Part shown: positions 10,190 through 22,155 of the stretch, one piece after another
Layout: every line of letters begins with the position of its first letter
Position numbering within the stretch: position 1 is the first letter of the stretch
NCBI RefSeq assembly: GCF_001194135.2
Contig: NC_068993.1
Location: 54,566,543 to 54,604,089, forward strand
DNA from: Octopus bimaculoides
Lineage: Eukaryota
Reading direction: 5' to 3'
Length of the DNA: 37,547 bases
Program-made: the position numbers and the translations under genes
Notes under the pieces: model-generated
The model's database searches: none
What the model saw: the letters and a program-made list of their open reading frames with translations, nothing else
Told to the model about the DNA's origin: nothing

Positions 10190-10475
10190 AATCAGTGAGG
10201 GTGCTCAGCGCGCGATCGTAAGGGTGTGAGTTCGATTCTCGGCAGCGCGTTGTGTCCTTGAGCAAGACACTTTATTTTTAAATTTTTTACTTGTAATTCA
10301 AAAGAGCTAGCCATGCCACATTCTGTGTATGTGCCTCTCTCTCCCTGAGAACTACGTTAAGAGCACGCGTGTCTGTGGAGTGCTCAGCCACTTGCACGTT
10401 AATTTCACGAGCCGGCTGTTCCGTTGATCGGATCAACTGGAACCAATCGTCATCATAACCGACAGAGCGCCGGTT
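10190..10475 (+). mobile_element. SINE family C (fragments at 7040-7100 + and 18580-18630 -)
   Basis: tRNA-like head (gtgagttcgattctcgg), gtgtccttgagcaagacactt box, and 3' module gttccgttgatcggatcaactggaacc..tcgtc.tc.taacygac shared by three loci. Confidence 0.75.
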
Positions 10476-10589
10476 ATTTTTCCTTTCTTTTTTTTTATAT
10501 ATTACCACCCCTTCAGTAAGATTCTAAATCAATTTTACAGACGAACTGTTGATAGGATTTCGAGTCCTACTAAAGTCAATCGGCAATAT

Positions 10590-11030
10590 CCTTTCTTACT
10601 ATAGGCACAAAGCCTGAAAGTTGGGGAAGGGGACCGGTCGTAACTGGTACTTTTTTAATCGACCCGGAAAGGATGAAACGCAAAATCGACCTTGGTAGAA
10701 TTTGAACTCAGAATGTAAAAACGGACGGATGCTGCTTAGCTTTTTGTTCGGCGTGCTAACGATTCTGCCAACTCGCCGCCTTAGTGTAAATAATAATAAT
10801 AATAATAATAATAATATGATCCTTTCTACTGGAAGCACAAGGCCTCAAATTAAGAGGGTGGGGACAAGTCGATTACAACGACCCCAGTGTTTCACTGGTA
10901 CTTAATTTACCGATCCAGAAAGGATAAAAGGCAAAGTCGACCTCGGTGGAATTTGAACTCAGAACGTAAAGACGAAATACCGCTAAGTATTTTGTCCATC
11001 ATGCTAACGTTTCTGCCAGCTCGCTGCCTT
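10590..11030 (-). mobile_element. Two tandem SINE family A copies (10590-10783 and 10821-11030) separated by an (AAT)n tail
   Basis: Both carry the reverse-complement head ...ctgccarctcgcygcctta and the aaagg...aaa.tcgacc core. Confidence 0.9.
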
Positions 11031-11817
11031 ACGACAATCGTTAAAATCGCCAACAGAATCAGTTGACTTTTCGAATTTTCTTTGTTTTTTAGGTATCTCT
11101 TTTGCTTTGCTGTTTTTCATTTCTTGTTATCAAATCACTGCCTCGTTCTTCATTCGTTATATTATTATAAAGCATTTTCGCTACATCTCAGGACATCGTC
11201 GTCGTCGTCGTCATCATCATCATAATTGTCATCATCATCATAATTGTCATTATCATCATAATTGTCATGATTGTCAACGTCATCATCGTTGTCGTCAGTC
11301 ATCATCATCATCATTGCTGTCGCTGTCCTCGTCATCGTCGTCATTAGCAACAGTCCCACCACCCCTACCACCAGCACCAGCACCACAACCANNNNNNNNN
11401 NNNNNNNNNNNNNNNNNNNNNNNNNNNNNNNNNNNNNNNNNNNNNNNNNNNNNNNNNNNNNNNNNNNNNNNNNNNNNNNNNNNNNNNNNNNNNNNNNNNN
11501 NNNNNNNNNNNNNNNNNNNNNNNNNNNNNNNNNNNNNNNNNNNNNNNNNNNNNNNNNNNNNNNNNNNNNNNNNNNNNNNNNNNNNNNNNNNNNNNNNNNN
11601 NNNNNNNNNNNNNNNNNNNNNNNNNNNNNNNNNNNNNNNNNNNNNNNNNNNNNNNNNNNNNNNNNNNNNNNNNNNNNNNNNNNNNNNNNNNNNNNNNNNN
11701 NNNNNNNNNNNNNNNNNNNNNNNNNNNNNNNNNNNNNNNNNNNNNNNNNNNNNNNNNNNNNNNNNNNNNNNNNNNNNNNNNNNNNNNNNNNNNNNNNNNN
11801 NNNNNNNNNNNNNNNNN

Positions 11818-11869
<52 letters not shown>

Positions 11870-12502
11870 ACACACTCTCAATGCAACACTATTTTTTCCC
11901 TTGAGGCTATTGGACCGACTGAGAAAACTAGAATATACGAAGCGCTGTTGTTTTTTTCCTATTTACACACGTTTATAACAGCGGGCAAGATTATAGAAGA
12001 GGTGGTTATATGTATATGTGCCTTGTATGTATAAGTGTGTGTGTGTGTGAATGTGTGTAAGAGAGAGACATACAGACAAGGACGGAGACTGATAGAGAGA
12101 GACGGGAAGTGCGGAAACAAAGAGAAAGACAGGGGGAAATCTGGGTGAGGAAATGAGAGATGGAGAAAGAGATGGCGAAGGAAGCGAAAAGAGAACGCTG
12201 AATGGTGTAGTCAGATGTTACAAACACTGACCCACATAAATTTAAAATTATTTTATAAAATTAAGATGACAGCTTTCTAAACATCACAAGCGATAAAATT
12301 CTATACAAGTTGTTTGCGCTGTGTGTATATGTGCACGTCTGTGTGTACAGATTAAACATATATACATACACATCCATCCATATACATACATACATACATA
12401 CATACATACATACATACACACAAACATATGTACAGGCATACACTTATATACACAAATATACGTCACACACACACACACGTGCACACGCAAACATTCATAT
12501 AC

Positions 12503-12511
12503 CTATATCCA

Positions 12512-12573
<62 letters not shown>

Positions 12574-12594
12574 CCTACCTACCTACCTACCTAC

Positions 12595-12677
<83 letters not shown>

Positions 12678-12680
12678 CCT
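12503..12680. repeat. (ATCT)n microsatellite with an internal (ACCT)n block; similar arrays at 7540-7605 and 26740-26820
   Basis: Directly visible. Confidence 0.97.
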
Positions 12681-12752
12681 ATGTGTGTATGTATATATAG
12701 ATCGCTGACCACGACATTAAAATTTTTTTTTCTCCTTGTTTTTCTCCTTATT

Positions 12753-12789
12753 TCTTTCTGTTGAAGAGCGTAGCTCGAAACGTCAAAGA
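12753..12789 (+). ncRNA. Minimal hammerhead ribozyme-like motif, probably inactive (one core substitution)
   Basis: TCTTT-CTGTTGA-A-GAGC gta GCTC-GAAA-CGTC-AAAGA: helix I 5 bp, helix II 4 bp, palindromic mini helix III. Confidence 0.55.
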
Positions 12790-13238
12790 CTTTCTCTATT
12801 CCCGAGTGTTAAACTAATACATCCTTTTGTTGTTTACACCACCTGTCCTCGTTGTTGTTGTTTTTTCGTATATATATACACACATATATATACATACATA
12901 CATACATGTATGTATGTATGTATGTATGTATGTACGTATGTATGTATGTATGTATGTATGTATGTATGTGTGTGTGTATGAGCGTATGTATGAGCATATA
13001 TGTGTATGCATATTTATGTGTGTGTGTATGCCTGTATGTATGTATGTGTGTATGTGTTGAGAGTAAGAGTTTATCAAAGAATTCTCACGAACGACCGAGA
13101 CGGTGAAAGACTTTGACATCAAATTAGAATCGAGTTTGGCTTCTGACAACAAGACGACCGAGAAGAAGAGACAGCGAAGGCGTGCGTTTATCACTGGCAT
13201 CTGTCTTAACTGTACACACTTAATCAGTCTCTGCATAG

Positions 13239-13292
<54 letters not shown>

Positions 13293-13704
13293 ATATGTCT
13301 GTGGGTGTGAAGGTATGTCTATGTGTAAATGAACGTTTTGGACCATTTTCTCAGTATTGGTATTGTTGTTGTTATTGTTGTAATAGCGTTAGTGGTGGTA
13401 GCATTGATGGTGATGGTAATGGTGGTGTTGGTGGTGTTGGTGTTGGTCATTACTAAACCAGCACTATGAAAGAAGGAAAGCAACAGGGAAAGAAAGGGAA
13501 GACAAATGAGAAAGAGAGAGAAAGACAGAGAAAGATAGATGGAGAGATAGATAGAGAGAAAGAGACAGAGCAAGAGATAGATAGATAGATAGATAAAGAG
13601 AGAGAGTGTGTGAACAAAGTGATGATAGTTACTAACTAGATGGCTGTTGAGTGTCAAGAAACATGTCTGCATCGCATTGTATACACATTGATGGTATATA
13701 TATA

Positions 13705-14236
13705 GAGCTTCATTTTGTTTTTAAAGACTAATAGTCAAGCTGAAGGCTTCACTGGTTCTTGTGAGACTGTCCACGAGGCGTCACAGTTTCCCCTCCTGGT
13801 GTATTGCTAATGCAGTGCCGCATCATCTGTAAAAATAGTGTTTCCAATGAATATTTCATATATTTGATTTTCGTCCTTATTTGGGACAGATTGAGCAGTT
13901 TCCTGTCTGGTATTGTGTGAAGGGAAACCCTTTCGGTTGATGTTCTGAAGGCGTGATTCAGCATGAAATCGAAAACGATGCTAAATAGCGGTGGACCAAG
14001 TATACAACCCTGTTTTACTCCACTACGAAATACTGAAAGCTTCTGAGGAAGGGTCATCAAACAGAATGATGACTTTCATTTCTGTGTGGAATGACCGAAC
14101 AATCCTAAGTAACCATGGAGGGCACCCGACCATGGCTAGGATTATGAAGAGGCCGTCTCTACTCGAAAGGTCAAAAGGCTTTTGTGAGGTCAAAGAAAGC
14201 GAGGAAGAGTAGGTGTCTTTGGTCTCTGTAGTTTTC

Positions 14237-14240
<4 letters not shown>
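13705..14240 (-). mobile_element. Decayed RTE/BovB-like LINE reverse transcriptase fragment
   Basis: Motifs recovered across frameshifts: QENYRDQRHLLFLAFFDLTKAF; RDGLFIILAMVGCPPWLLRIVRSFH; SGVKQGCILGPPLFSI; SLHTIPDRKLLNL; FTDDAAL (degenerate FADD, 13822-13833); RLVDSLTRTSEAFSLTISL. Confidence 0.92.
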
Positions 14241-14278
<38 letters not shown>

Positions 14279-15566
14279 NNNNNNNNNNNNNNNNNNNNNN
14301 NNNNNNNNNNNNNNNNNNNNNNNNNNNNNNNNNNNNNNNNNNNNNNNNNNNNNNNNNNTGTGTGTATGTGTGTGTGTGTGTATGAGTGTGTGTATACGCT
14401 TACATGTATCGATTCACATATACATATGCATTCGCTCATATATGTATGTAGTTGTTATAAAAGCACATTCAAATTTTTATATACAGATATAAAAAATAAA
14501 AGTAAATGGATCTCAGTCAGCTTCGACGATGAACATTCAGTTGTTCGATCAACTTAATTACCTAATTATTAAATTAGGGTGTATGTGGCTGTGTTTTCCA
14601 CATGCGCGCGTATTCATCCCGCAAATCCTCAAACAGAACGAGTTTGATGCAGTGTTTGACTGGGATGTACCTTGAATAACAGACACGATCCATCAAACCA
14701 GATTCCACAGAGATTCCGTCAGCGTATTTTCTCTCACAAGGCTTGACTCAACTCGGAAATATGGCAAAAAAAAAAAAAAATACTTGCTCAAGATGACAGT
14801 AGACACTGGGATTGAACTAGAGAAATTTTTTATAGTGACGTGTGCTTCTTAACCATTCGGCCATACCTGCGTCCACAATTCCTGTTCCGTATCTCCACAC
14901 ATATATTTACATATACACTTACAAACACCAAATACTAAAAATATCTCATTTATTAAATAGGAAATCAATTAACTCATGTGGCAAAATTAATTAATTAGTA
15001 AACTTCCTTGGTTAAACTAATAAGCATTTGCTGAACTCCCTTCAGAAATCAACCATACATTCAGGGCATTCGAGTCGAATTTTATTAGCAATAAGTATAA
15101 GGTTTCTTTCAGGTCCCCTTCCTCTTGCTTTCTGTATACGTTTATTTTCAATATATACGAACAGTATACATTAAATCCCAGGAAGTGTCCGGGTGTACCC
15201 CTATATGCCCCTTTCATAGGTTTTATAGTGTTACATTACCGCCATTATGTATATCACTGTAAAAAAAACAACCACAAACACACACACACACACATATACC
15301 GCTCACTGCTCTGATTTACCTGAAAACAAGTACCAACAAAATGCTAATGCGGCCCTCTTTCCCTCTATCAGATGTATCCTAAACGTTCCGCTAAGTTAAG
15401 AGCGAAAGGGCCGAGAGAGTGTCTGCGTATTTTTACGATTCTACAGGCATCGACAACGAATAGTAAAAACATGGTACGTACTACGAAGTCATACTCGCTC
15501 AGTTATGAAGGAAATTTGGCTGCTATTTTTTATTTGGATGGGTGATCATGTGAAGGCTTCTTTTAC

Positions 15567-15917
15567 CTTTTACTTGTTTCAGTCATTGGACTGTGGCCAT
15601 GCTGGAGTACTGCTTTGAAGACTTTTAGTCGAACAAATCAACCTCAGTTCTTTTCTTTTAAGTCTAGTACGTATTCTATTGTTTCTTTTGCCGAACCGAT
15701 AAATTACAGGAACGTAAACAAACCAATACAGCTGTCAAAATCAAACACAGCACAAACACGAAGAACCACATAAACGATGGGTTCCTCACAGTTTCCGTTT
15801 ACCAAATCCCATGGTTGGTCCGGGGGCTACAGCAGAAGACTTTCTCAAGATGCTGCGCAGTGGGACTGAACCGAAAACACTGCGACTGCAAAGGGAGCAT
15901 CTTAACCACACAGCCAT
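15567..15917 (-). mobile_element. SINE family B copy, near full length
   Basis: Head ggctgtgtggttaag, ggttcagtcccactgcgc, and 3' end tgactgaaacaagtaaaagg on the minus strand. Confidence 0.9.
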
Positions 15918-16399
15918 TGCATTTAATTATAGCTTAAAACCATCCCTTGCCCCTCCGGCAACAAAATAACAACAAAAAAAAAAACAAAAAAAAAACCCCC
16001 AGAGGGAACGTCATATTTCTTATGGGGCGGGGGTGAGATTTTGGGTCGAGGTAAATGTTTGCTTTTCACTTGGTTAATGTTGGTAATTAACTAATATTTG
16101 CAATTAGTATAATTTGGTGTAATTCCTTCTTTTTTGTTTTCAAGTTTCTTGAGATTAATTTGGTTTTAATTTCTTTGCATTCATCAAAGTGAGCAGAATT
16201 CTGTGAATCCAAATTGCTTCACTTTATGCGCGAGTCCCACCATTTCCTTNNNNNNNNNNNNNNNNNNNNNNNNNNNNNNNNNNNNNNNNNNNNNNNNNNN
16301 NNNNNNNNNNNNNNNNNNNNNNNNNNNNNNNNNNNNNNNNNNNNNNNNNNNNNNNNNNNNNNNNNNNNNNNNNNNATACTATAGTTAATACAGCGCAGT

Positions 16400-16439
<40 letters not shown>

Positions 16440-16454
16440 TCACGCGCGCGCTAT

Positions 16455-16625
16455 TTTTCTTTTGTGTTAGTCATTAGACTGCGACCATTCTGGGGCACCA
16501 ACTTAACGGACTTAGTCCAAGCAAATCGACCCCCTGTACTTATTCTTTCGAACGTTGGCACTTATTATCAAGGTTTCTTTTGCCGAATTGCTAAGTTATG
16601 GGGACGTAAACAAACCAACACCGAA
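16455..16625 (-). mobile_element. SINE family B 3' half
   Basis: gtcattagactgcgaccat...ccgaattgctaagttatggggacgtaaacaaacc matches other copies. Confidence 0.8.
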
Positions 16626-16849
16626 TTCTCAGACAGTGTGAAGGAAAAACACAAAGGCATGCAACGCACATAGATAGCTAGAAAGATAGCTAGATAGATA
16701 GAGAGAGAGAGAAAGAAAACTATCTGTATATATTTACCTAAATACACACATTCACACACATTCGCGTGCGCAGTCACACGTACACATACACACGCATACG
16801 TACATTTTGCATATTATATCTTTCTTTGTCTATTCCTGACCTCATATAC

Positions 16850-16892
<43 letters not shown>

Positions 16893-17105
16893 GACCGTCT
16901 TTCACCAGTGGTCGCCACCTCTCTAAATAAATGCAAGTACGTAGAAGTTCAGCTGATTGTGTATGCCATGTTACTGTCAAAACATTGCCATATGTCACCG
17001 TGAAATACAGGGCTAATGTGTGTGTGTGTGTGTGCGTGTGTGCATGGTGATTGTGGTAACACATTTCATTTTAGATTGATTCATTGATTTGAATTTAGTT
17101 CATTT

Positions 17106-17119
17106 GTTACCATAGCAAC
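17106..17119. promoter_or_regulatory. RFX X-box motif
   Basis: GTTACCATAGCAAC fits the 14-bp X-box consensus GTNRCCATRGYAAC. Confidence 0.4.
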
Positions 17120-17384
17120 CACCTGCTGTCTCTAGTGTATCTCTTCATTATGAAAAAGAAAAAGAAAAATACTCAAAAGAAAAAAAAACCGCTCCGAGGA
17201 AAATGGCGGTTGTGGTGACGTTCGAATACGTTGGCGAAATTTAAACGGAGATATTCATGAGTTTGGTTAAGTCGTATAGCCTGGGGTGATGCAGATATGA
17301 TGTTTAGTAGAACAACGGACACTGCTGAACTTGATTAAACAATGTATCGGTGGCCATAGTTATGTTATAGTTTGACTAAATAAT

Positions 17385-17644
17385 GCTTTCTACTATAAGC
17401 GCAAGGCTTGAAATTTGGGGGGGAGGGGTTTAGCAAACGATTCTGCCAGCTCGTCGTCTTACGTTCTGAGTTCAGATTCCGCCGAAGTCGACTTTGCCTT
17501 TCATCCTTTCGGGGTCAATTAAATAAGTACCAGTTACGCACTGGGGTCGATATAATCGATTTAATCCGTTTGTCTGTCCTTGTTTGTCCCCTCTGTAGCC
17601 CCGTGTTGGCAGTAAAGAAATAGGAAACTGAAAGAAGCCTGTCG

Positions 17645-17693
<49 letters not shown>

Positions 17694-17900
17694 GTGTATG
17701 TATGTATATATTTATGTGTGTATTTATGTGTATCTGTGTCTTTGTGTCTGTGTTTGTCCAGCCACCATCGCTTGACAACCGATGTTGCTGTGTTTCCGTC
17801 TCCGTAACTTAGCGGTTCTGCAAAAGACATCGATAGTCGATTTATTCTACTAAAGACACTATAAGACGGTGCTCCAGTATGGCTGCAGTTAAAAGAATAA
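17385..17900. mobile_element. Composite SINE cluster: inverted family A fragments, a forward family A body, then a family B 3' part
   Basis: Minus-strand tail and head pieces 17385-17461; forward A from ttacgttctgagttc (17459) to about 17620; then gaaactgaaagaagcctgtcg... of family B. Confidence 0.8.
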
Positions 17901-17934
17901 AAGAATCATCGATGACAATTCAAAACCATCGAGG

Positions 17935-18130
17935 TCTGCGAAAGGAAGGCGTTTCCTTGGGAAAACATATGATGCGGTGTAGCAAAATCCGAAAGGAAGC
18001 TACATGGAGGAGAAAAGGATCCAACGGGAAGGAAGCAGAAAAGACTGGCCAGAGTGGAGAACTGTGGGGCGAAGTCATTGATGTCCTGTATTCTGAAGGG
18101 AGTGAAGGGCTATGTAAGGAAAGTATGTAA
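17935..18130 (+). mobile_element. Possible old RTE LINE 3' end
   Basis: GKHMMR...KEATWRRKG...AEKTGQSGELWGEVIDVLYSEGSEG weakly resembles GH.LR...W.P.G.R / A.DR..W...V.ALCS.G; ends in gtaag-like short repeats. Confidence 0.45.
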
Positions 18131-18758
18131 CACAAATTAGGTTTGTCAAAGGTCTTTTGCAAATGTAATTAGAATTCATTAACAGAAAGACCTTTCTGTA
18201 TGTAATCAAGTAATATATATTGCACCAATTGAAATACATCTGTCAGTAGACAGACATATCAAATACAGATATTCACACGTTAATGCTTATCCTCTTCCGT
18301 TCAGACAGGATAACAAGAAGCCACGAAGAAGTAGTGCAATCAGTGCAGCTGTCACACTCAAACTCTGTGATTCACTGAGACAACTAACGTCCTGAAGTGG
18401 CTGTACAACAGCCAATAGTTGGGTCTTGAAAGTAGAGCCCCACCAACCATCGAGCCTCCGACCAGTAATGGGTCATGGATCGTTTGGTACTGGGTTGCAT
18501 AGAAAGAATAGATTTTAAGATTTTCTTTCTATTTCATTGACAATCACAGTAATGTTTTTGCATTATATATATAAAGGAAGAGCACTCCGTCGGTTACCCC
18601 GACGAGGGTCCCAGATGATAGGATCACCCGGCGTGCTAACGTTTCTGCCAGCTCGCCACCTTGGGACCACTAAAAAATTAACACTGAAAATAAGAGCATC
18701 GACAATATTCGGGCAAGCGGATCGAAAAAATCTCTCAAGAAATTATAGGCGCATCATT

Positions 18759-18963
18759 GGCTGTGTGGTAAAGTAGCTTGCTTACCAACCACATGATTCC
18801 GGGTTCAGTCCCACTGCAAGGCACCTTGGTCAAGTGTCTTCTACTGTAGCCTCGGGCCGACCAAAGCCTCATGAGTGGATTTGGTTGTTGGAAACTGAAA
18901 GAAGACTGTCGTGTCTCTGTTTGTTCCCCCCACCCAACATCGCTTGACAAGTAAAAGAGTAAA
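18759..18963 (+). mobile_element. SINE family B copy with internal deletion
   Basis: Clean head ggctgtgtggtaaagtagcttgcttaccaaccacatgattccgggttcagtcccactgc; jumps from atcgcttgaca directly to the tail agtaaaagagtaa. Confidence 0.9.
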
Positions 18964-19017
18964 AATGATATGTACCTATATGGCATAACGCTATATTATT
19001 TAATGGTACAGGTATAC

Positions 19018-19203
19018 ATGTGGACCGGTTTCTGGTTTCATACAAAATATTCTATCTTCCTCAGCACACATTAAACTCTTTGAAACGCCTTCCCAATCCA
19101 CCACGTTGAAATCTGCTGGCGTTCTGAATTGTTTAGCGGAGTTTGAAGCAATGAACTCCGAAGAATAAACAAACTCTACTTCTTGTATTGAGTACACTTT
19201 CTC
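19018..19203 (-). CDS. Candidate coding exon (62 codons, phase 0), or terminal exon ending at stop 19000
   Basis: acAG|GAG acceptor with a weak pyrimidine tract; CAT|GTATAC donor is weak. Protein-like open frame EKVYSIQEVEFVYSSEFIASNSAKQFRTPADFNVVDWEGVSKSLMCAEEDRIFCMKPETGPH; the in-register plus frame is closed. Confidence 0.4.
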
Positions 19204-19409
19204 CTGTTTGTACATACAAACTTTTACGCACACACGCACGCACACACACGTCTGTATGTATAAATGAATGTAATGTGTGTGTATGTATATATATATATAT
19301 ATATATATACATGTGTGTGTATGTACGTATATATCGACATATAGCTAAGTTGCTGGGTTGGGATGAGAGATATTTATATACAAGGGCACACTACACACAC
19401 ACACACACA

Positions 19410-19455
<46 letters not shown>

Positions 19456-19903
19456 CTGACTGGGAAAGGGGGCGAGGGATCACTCTACCTACACGAAGAA
19501 ACTTGAATTCAACATGTTCAAAGAAGTGGGCCTGCTGAAACAAATATCTGTAGGGGTCATGTTTCACTGTTTAGGTAGGAGAAGGGAAAGGGGACTGAGA
19601 GAAAGGGAGGGAGAGAGGGAGAGAGAGAGAGAGNNNNNNNNNNNNNNNNNNNNNNNNNNNNNNNNNNNNNNNNNNNNNNNNNNNNNNNNNNNNNNNNNNN
19701 NNNNGTGTGTGTGAGGAGATAAAGGAGGGGTGCTGGTGGTGTAGCGAACCTCCATAACGGAAGAGGAAGGAATAGAGGGAAGAACCAGAATGAATGGGGG
19801 CTGCGAGTTAAGGTGTTAAATTACGACTACTGAAGGAAGATGGCGGTGGTGGAGGGAGAATATTCGAGGAGTTCAACTCTCCCCCTCCCCCTCCCCCTCT
19901 CTC

Positions 19904-19943
<40 letters not shown>

Positions 19944-20112
19944 CGATATCTATTTACCTATTTCCCCTATCTGTCTCCCCCTTCTCTCTCTACACATACA
20001 TATACATATGCGTATATACATATATACATACATACACACATATACACACACACACACATATATACCCATCTATATATCCATCTCTCTCTCTATCTCTCTC
20101 TCTCCCTCTCTC

Positions 20113-20157
<45 letters not shown>

Positions 20158-21864
20158 ATATATATATATATCTTCGAAACGTCAGGTTAGAATAGAGACA
20201 GCTGATGAAGAAATATTCCAAGTGACTTTCCGTTTTCCTATGTGTTCGTTCCGTTGTCTGTAGTTCATTGTTCTAACGTCCTGTACCCTGATATGCATAT
20301 ATATACACATGTAGATGTAAGTATGTACATATATGTGTGTATACATGTATATATATTTNNNNNNNNNNNNNNNNNNNNNNNNNNNNNNNNNNNNNNNNNN
20401 NNNNNNNNNNNNNNNNNNNNNNNNNNNNNNNNNNNNNNNNNNNNNNNNNNNNNNNNNNNNNNNNNNNNNNNNNNNNNNNNNNNNNNNNNNNNNNNNNNNN
20501 NNNNNNNNNNNNNNNNNNNNNNNNNNNNNNNNNNNNNNNNNNNNNNNNNNNNNNNNNNNNNNNNNNNNNNNNNNNNNNNNNNNNNNNNNNNNNNNNNNNN
20601 NNNNNNNNNNNNNNNNNNNNNNNNNNNNNNNNNNNNNNNNNNNNNNNNNNNNNNNNNNNNNNNNNNNNNNNNNNNNNNNNNNNNNNNNNNNNNNNNNNNN
20701 NNNCCGAATGACTGGGAGTATACAAATAAACGACGACGTACTACGAAGTAGAGAATATAAGTAGAAGTGTTGTTTAAAACTCGGAGTACCCCAGCAGATG
20801 ATGACGAAGCTGGAGAGAGTATGTTTATAATAAAGAACAGGCAGAACGAAATAAAAGGAACAGTGAAAGAATCTTTGTCTTGAAGTGTTTCTGTTGAAAA
20901 GAAATTGTTTTGGTGAAAAGATGGCGCTGGAGGTAATGGTGGTGGTGGTGGTAGTGCTGCTGGTGGTGGTGGTGGTGGTGGTGGTTATGGTGGTTGGTGA
21001 GAGTTGCGGTGATGATGATGATGGGTGCTTGGTGAGGGAGAGGGGGAAGTTTTGCTGAAGGCGATGGTGGATAGGGTGGGAGTAGGGAGAAGTGTGTGAT
21101 AAGGAACTACCATGACAGCAGAGTTCTTTAATTGGACTCGGCTGCTGACGATGGACGGGAATAGTGAGACAATAAGAGAGAGAGAGAGAGAGATGAGGGG
21201 AGGGGACAGATGAAGAGGGGAGAGAGAGGGGATAAATAAAGGGGGAAGAGAAAGAAATATGTTGTAAGAAACAAAGGTATTTTGAAAGTGAGAGAAATAG
21301 GGAGAGAGTGGGAGGGAAATGAAAGGCAGAGAAGGGAGGGTGAAATGCATGTCAGATGAAGTAATGAGGGGAGTAGAGAGAAAGAAGACAAAAAGAAATA
21401 GAGAGAGAGAGAGAGAGAGAAGGGAGAGAGGAGACAGAGTAAAATCGAATAGTGGGAAGGTCTATGATAAAGTAGTTTAGAGAGGGAGAGAGAGAGATGT
21501 TTAGGAATGTCTAATGACCTGGATGATGGGGAGATTGGGGGGAGAGGGGAAAGGTCCAGTAGTGGGTGAAGGGGTGAGAGGCTTAGTGGCAGGTGAGTGG
21601 GGTGCAAAAGGTCTGATGGAATGTGAGGTGTGTACAGAATGAAGGCAGTGGTAATGGTGGTGGTGGTGGTGGAGGGGGAGGTGAAGTGTCTATCGATGTG
21701 TCTGTCGGCCTGTTTGCCTGTTTGCCTGTTGCCTCCTCCCCATGTAGCTAATCTATACGTCCGACTGATCATTGTGTCGTTAACTATACTCCGCAATCAT
21801 GAGGTTCCAGTTTCGATTTCCCTGCGCGGTGACTAGGACACATGTTATTTCACATAGCCCGATC

Positions 21865-22155
21865 TCAGCCAGTCACGGGCATGTACGTATGTATGTATGT
21901 ATGTATGTGTGTGTATGTATGTATGTGTGTATGTGTTTATGTATGTTCGTATGTATGCATGTATGTATGTATGCATGTATGTATGTTTGCATGTATATTT
22001 GTATGTATGTATACATGCACGTACGTATGAATGTATGTATGTATGATTGCAGGCATGCATGTATGTATGTATGTATGCATGTATGCATGTATGTATGTAT
22101 GTATGTATGCATGTATGTGTATGTATGTAATTATGTATGTATGCATGTATGTATG
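21865..22155. repeat. Long degenerate (ATGT)n microsatellite, one of dozens of AC, AT, AG, ATGT, ACC, ATC and AAC arrays in the window
   Basis: Directly visible; these arrays explain most ORF-track entries (THTH, YIYI, VCMY). Confidence 0.95.

Noticed and set aside
18148-18197. Small hairpin aaaggtcttt...aaagaccttt
   Set aside because: Only 10 contiguous pairs in AT-rich sequence with irregular inner pairing; too weak to call.
18759-18830. tRNA gene calls at SINE heads (also 10195, 22860, 29571)
   Set aside because: A/B-box-like motifs run straight into SINE bodies; no complete cloverleaf.
20960-21700. Long purine-rich (GA/GGA) tract giving a hydrophobic 222-aa minus ORF
   Set aside because: Low-complexity sequence; the ORF reflects absence of stops in CT-rich DNA.
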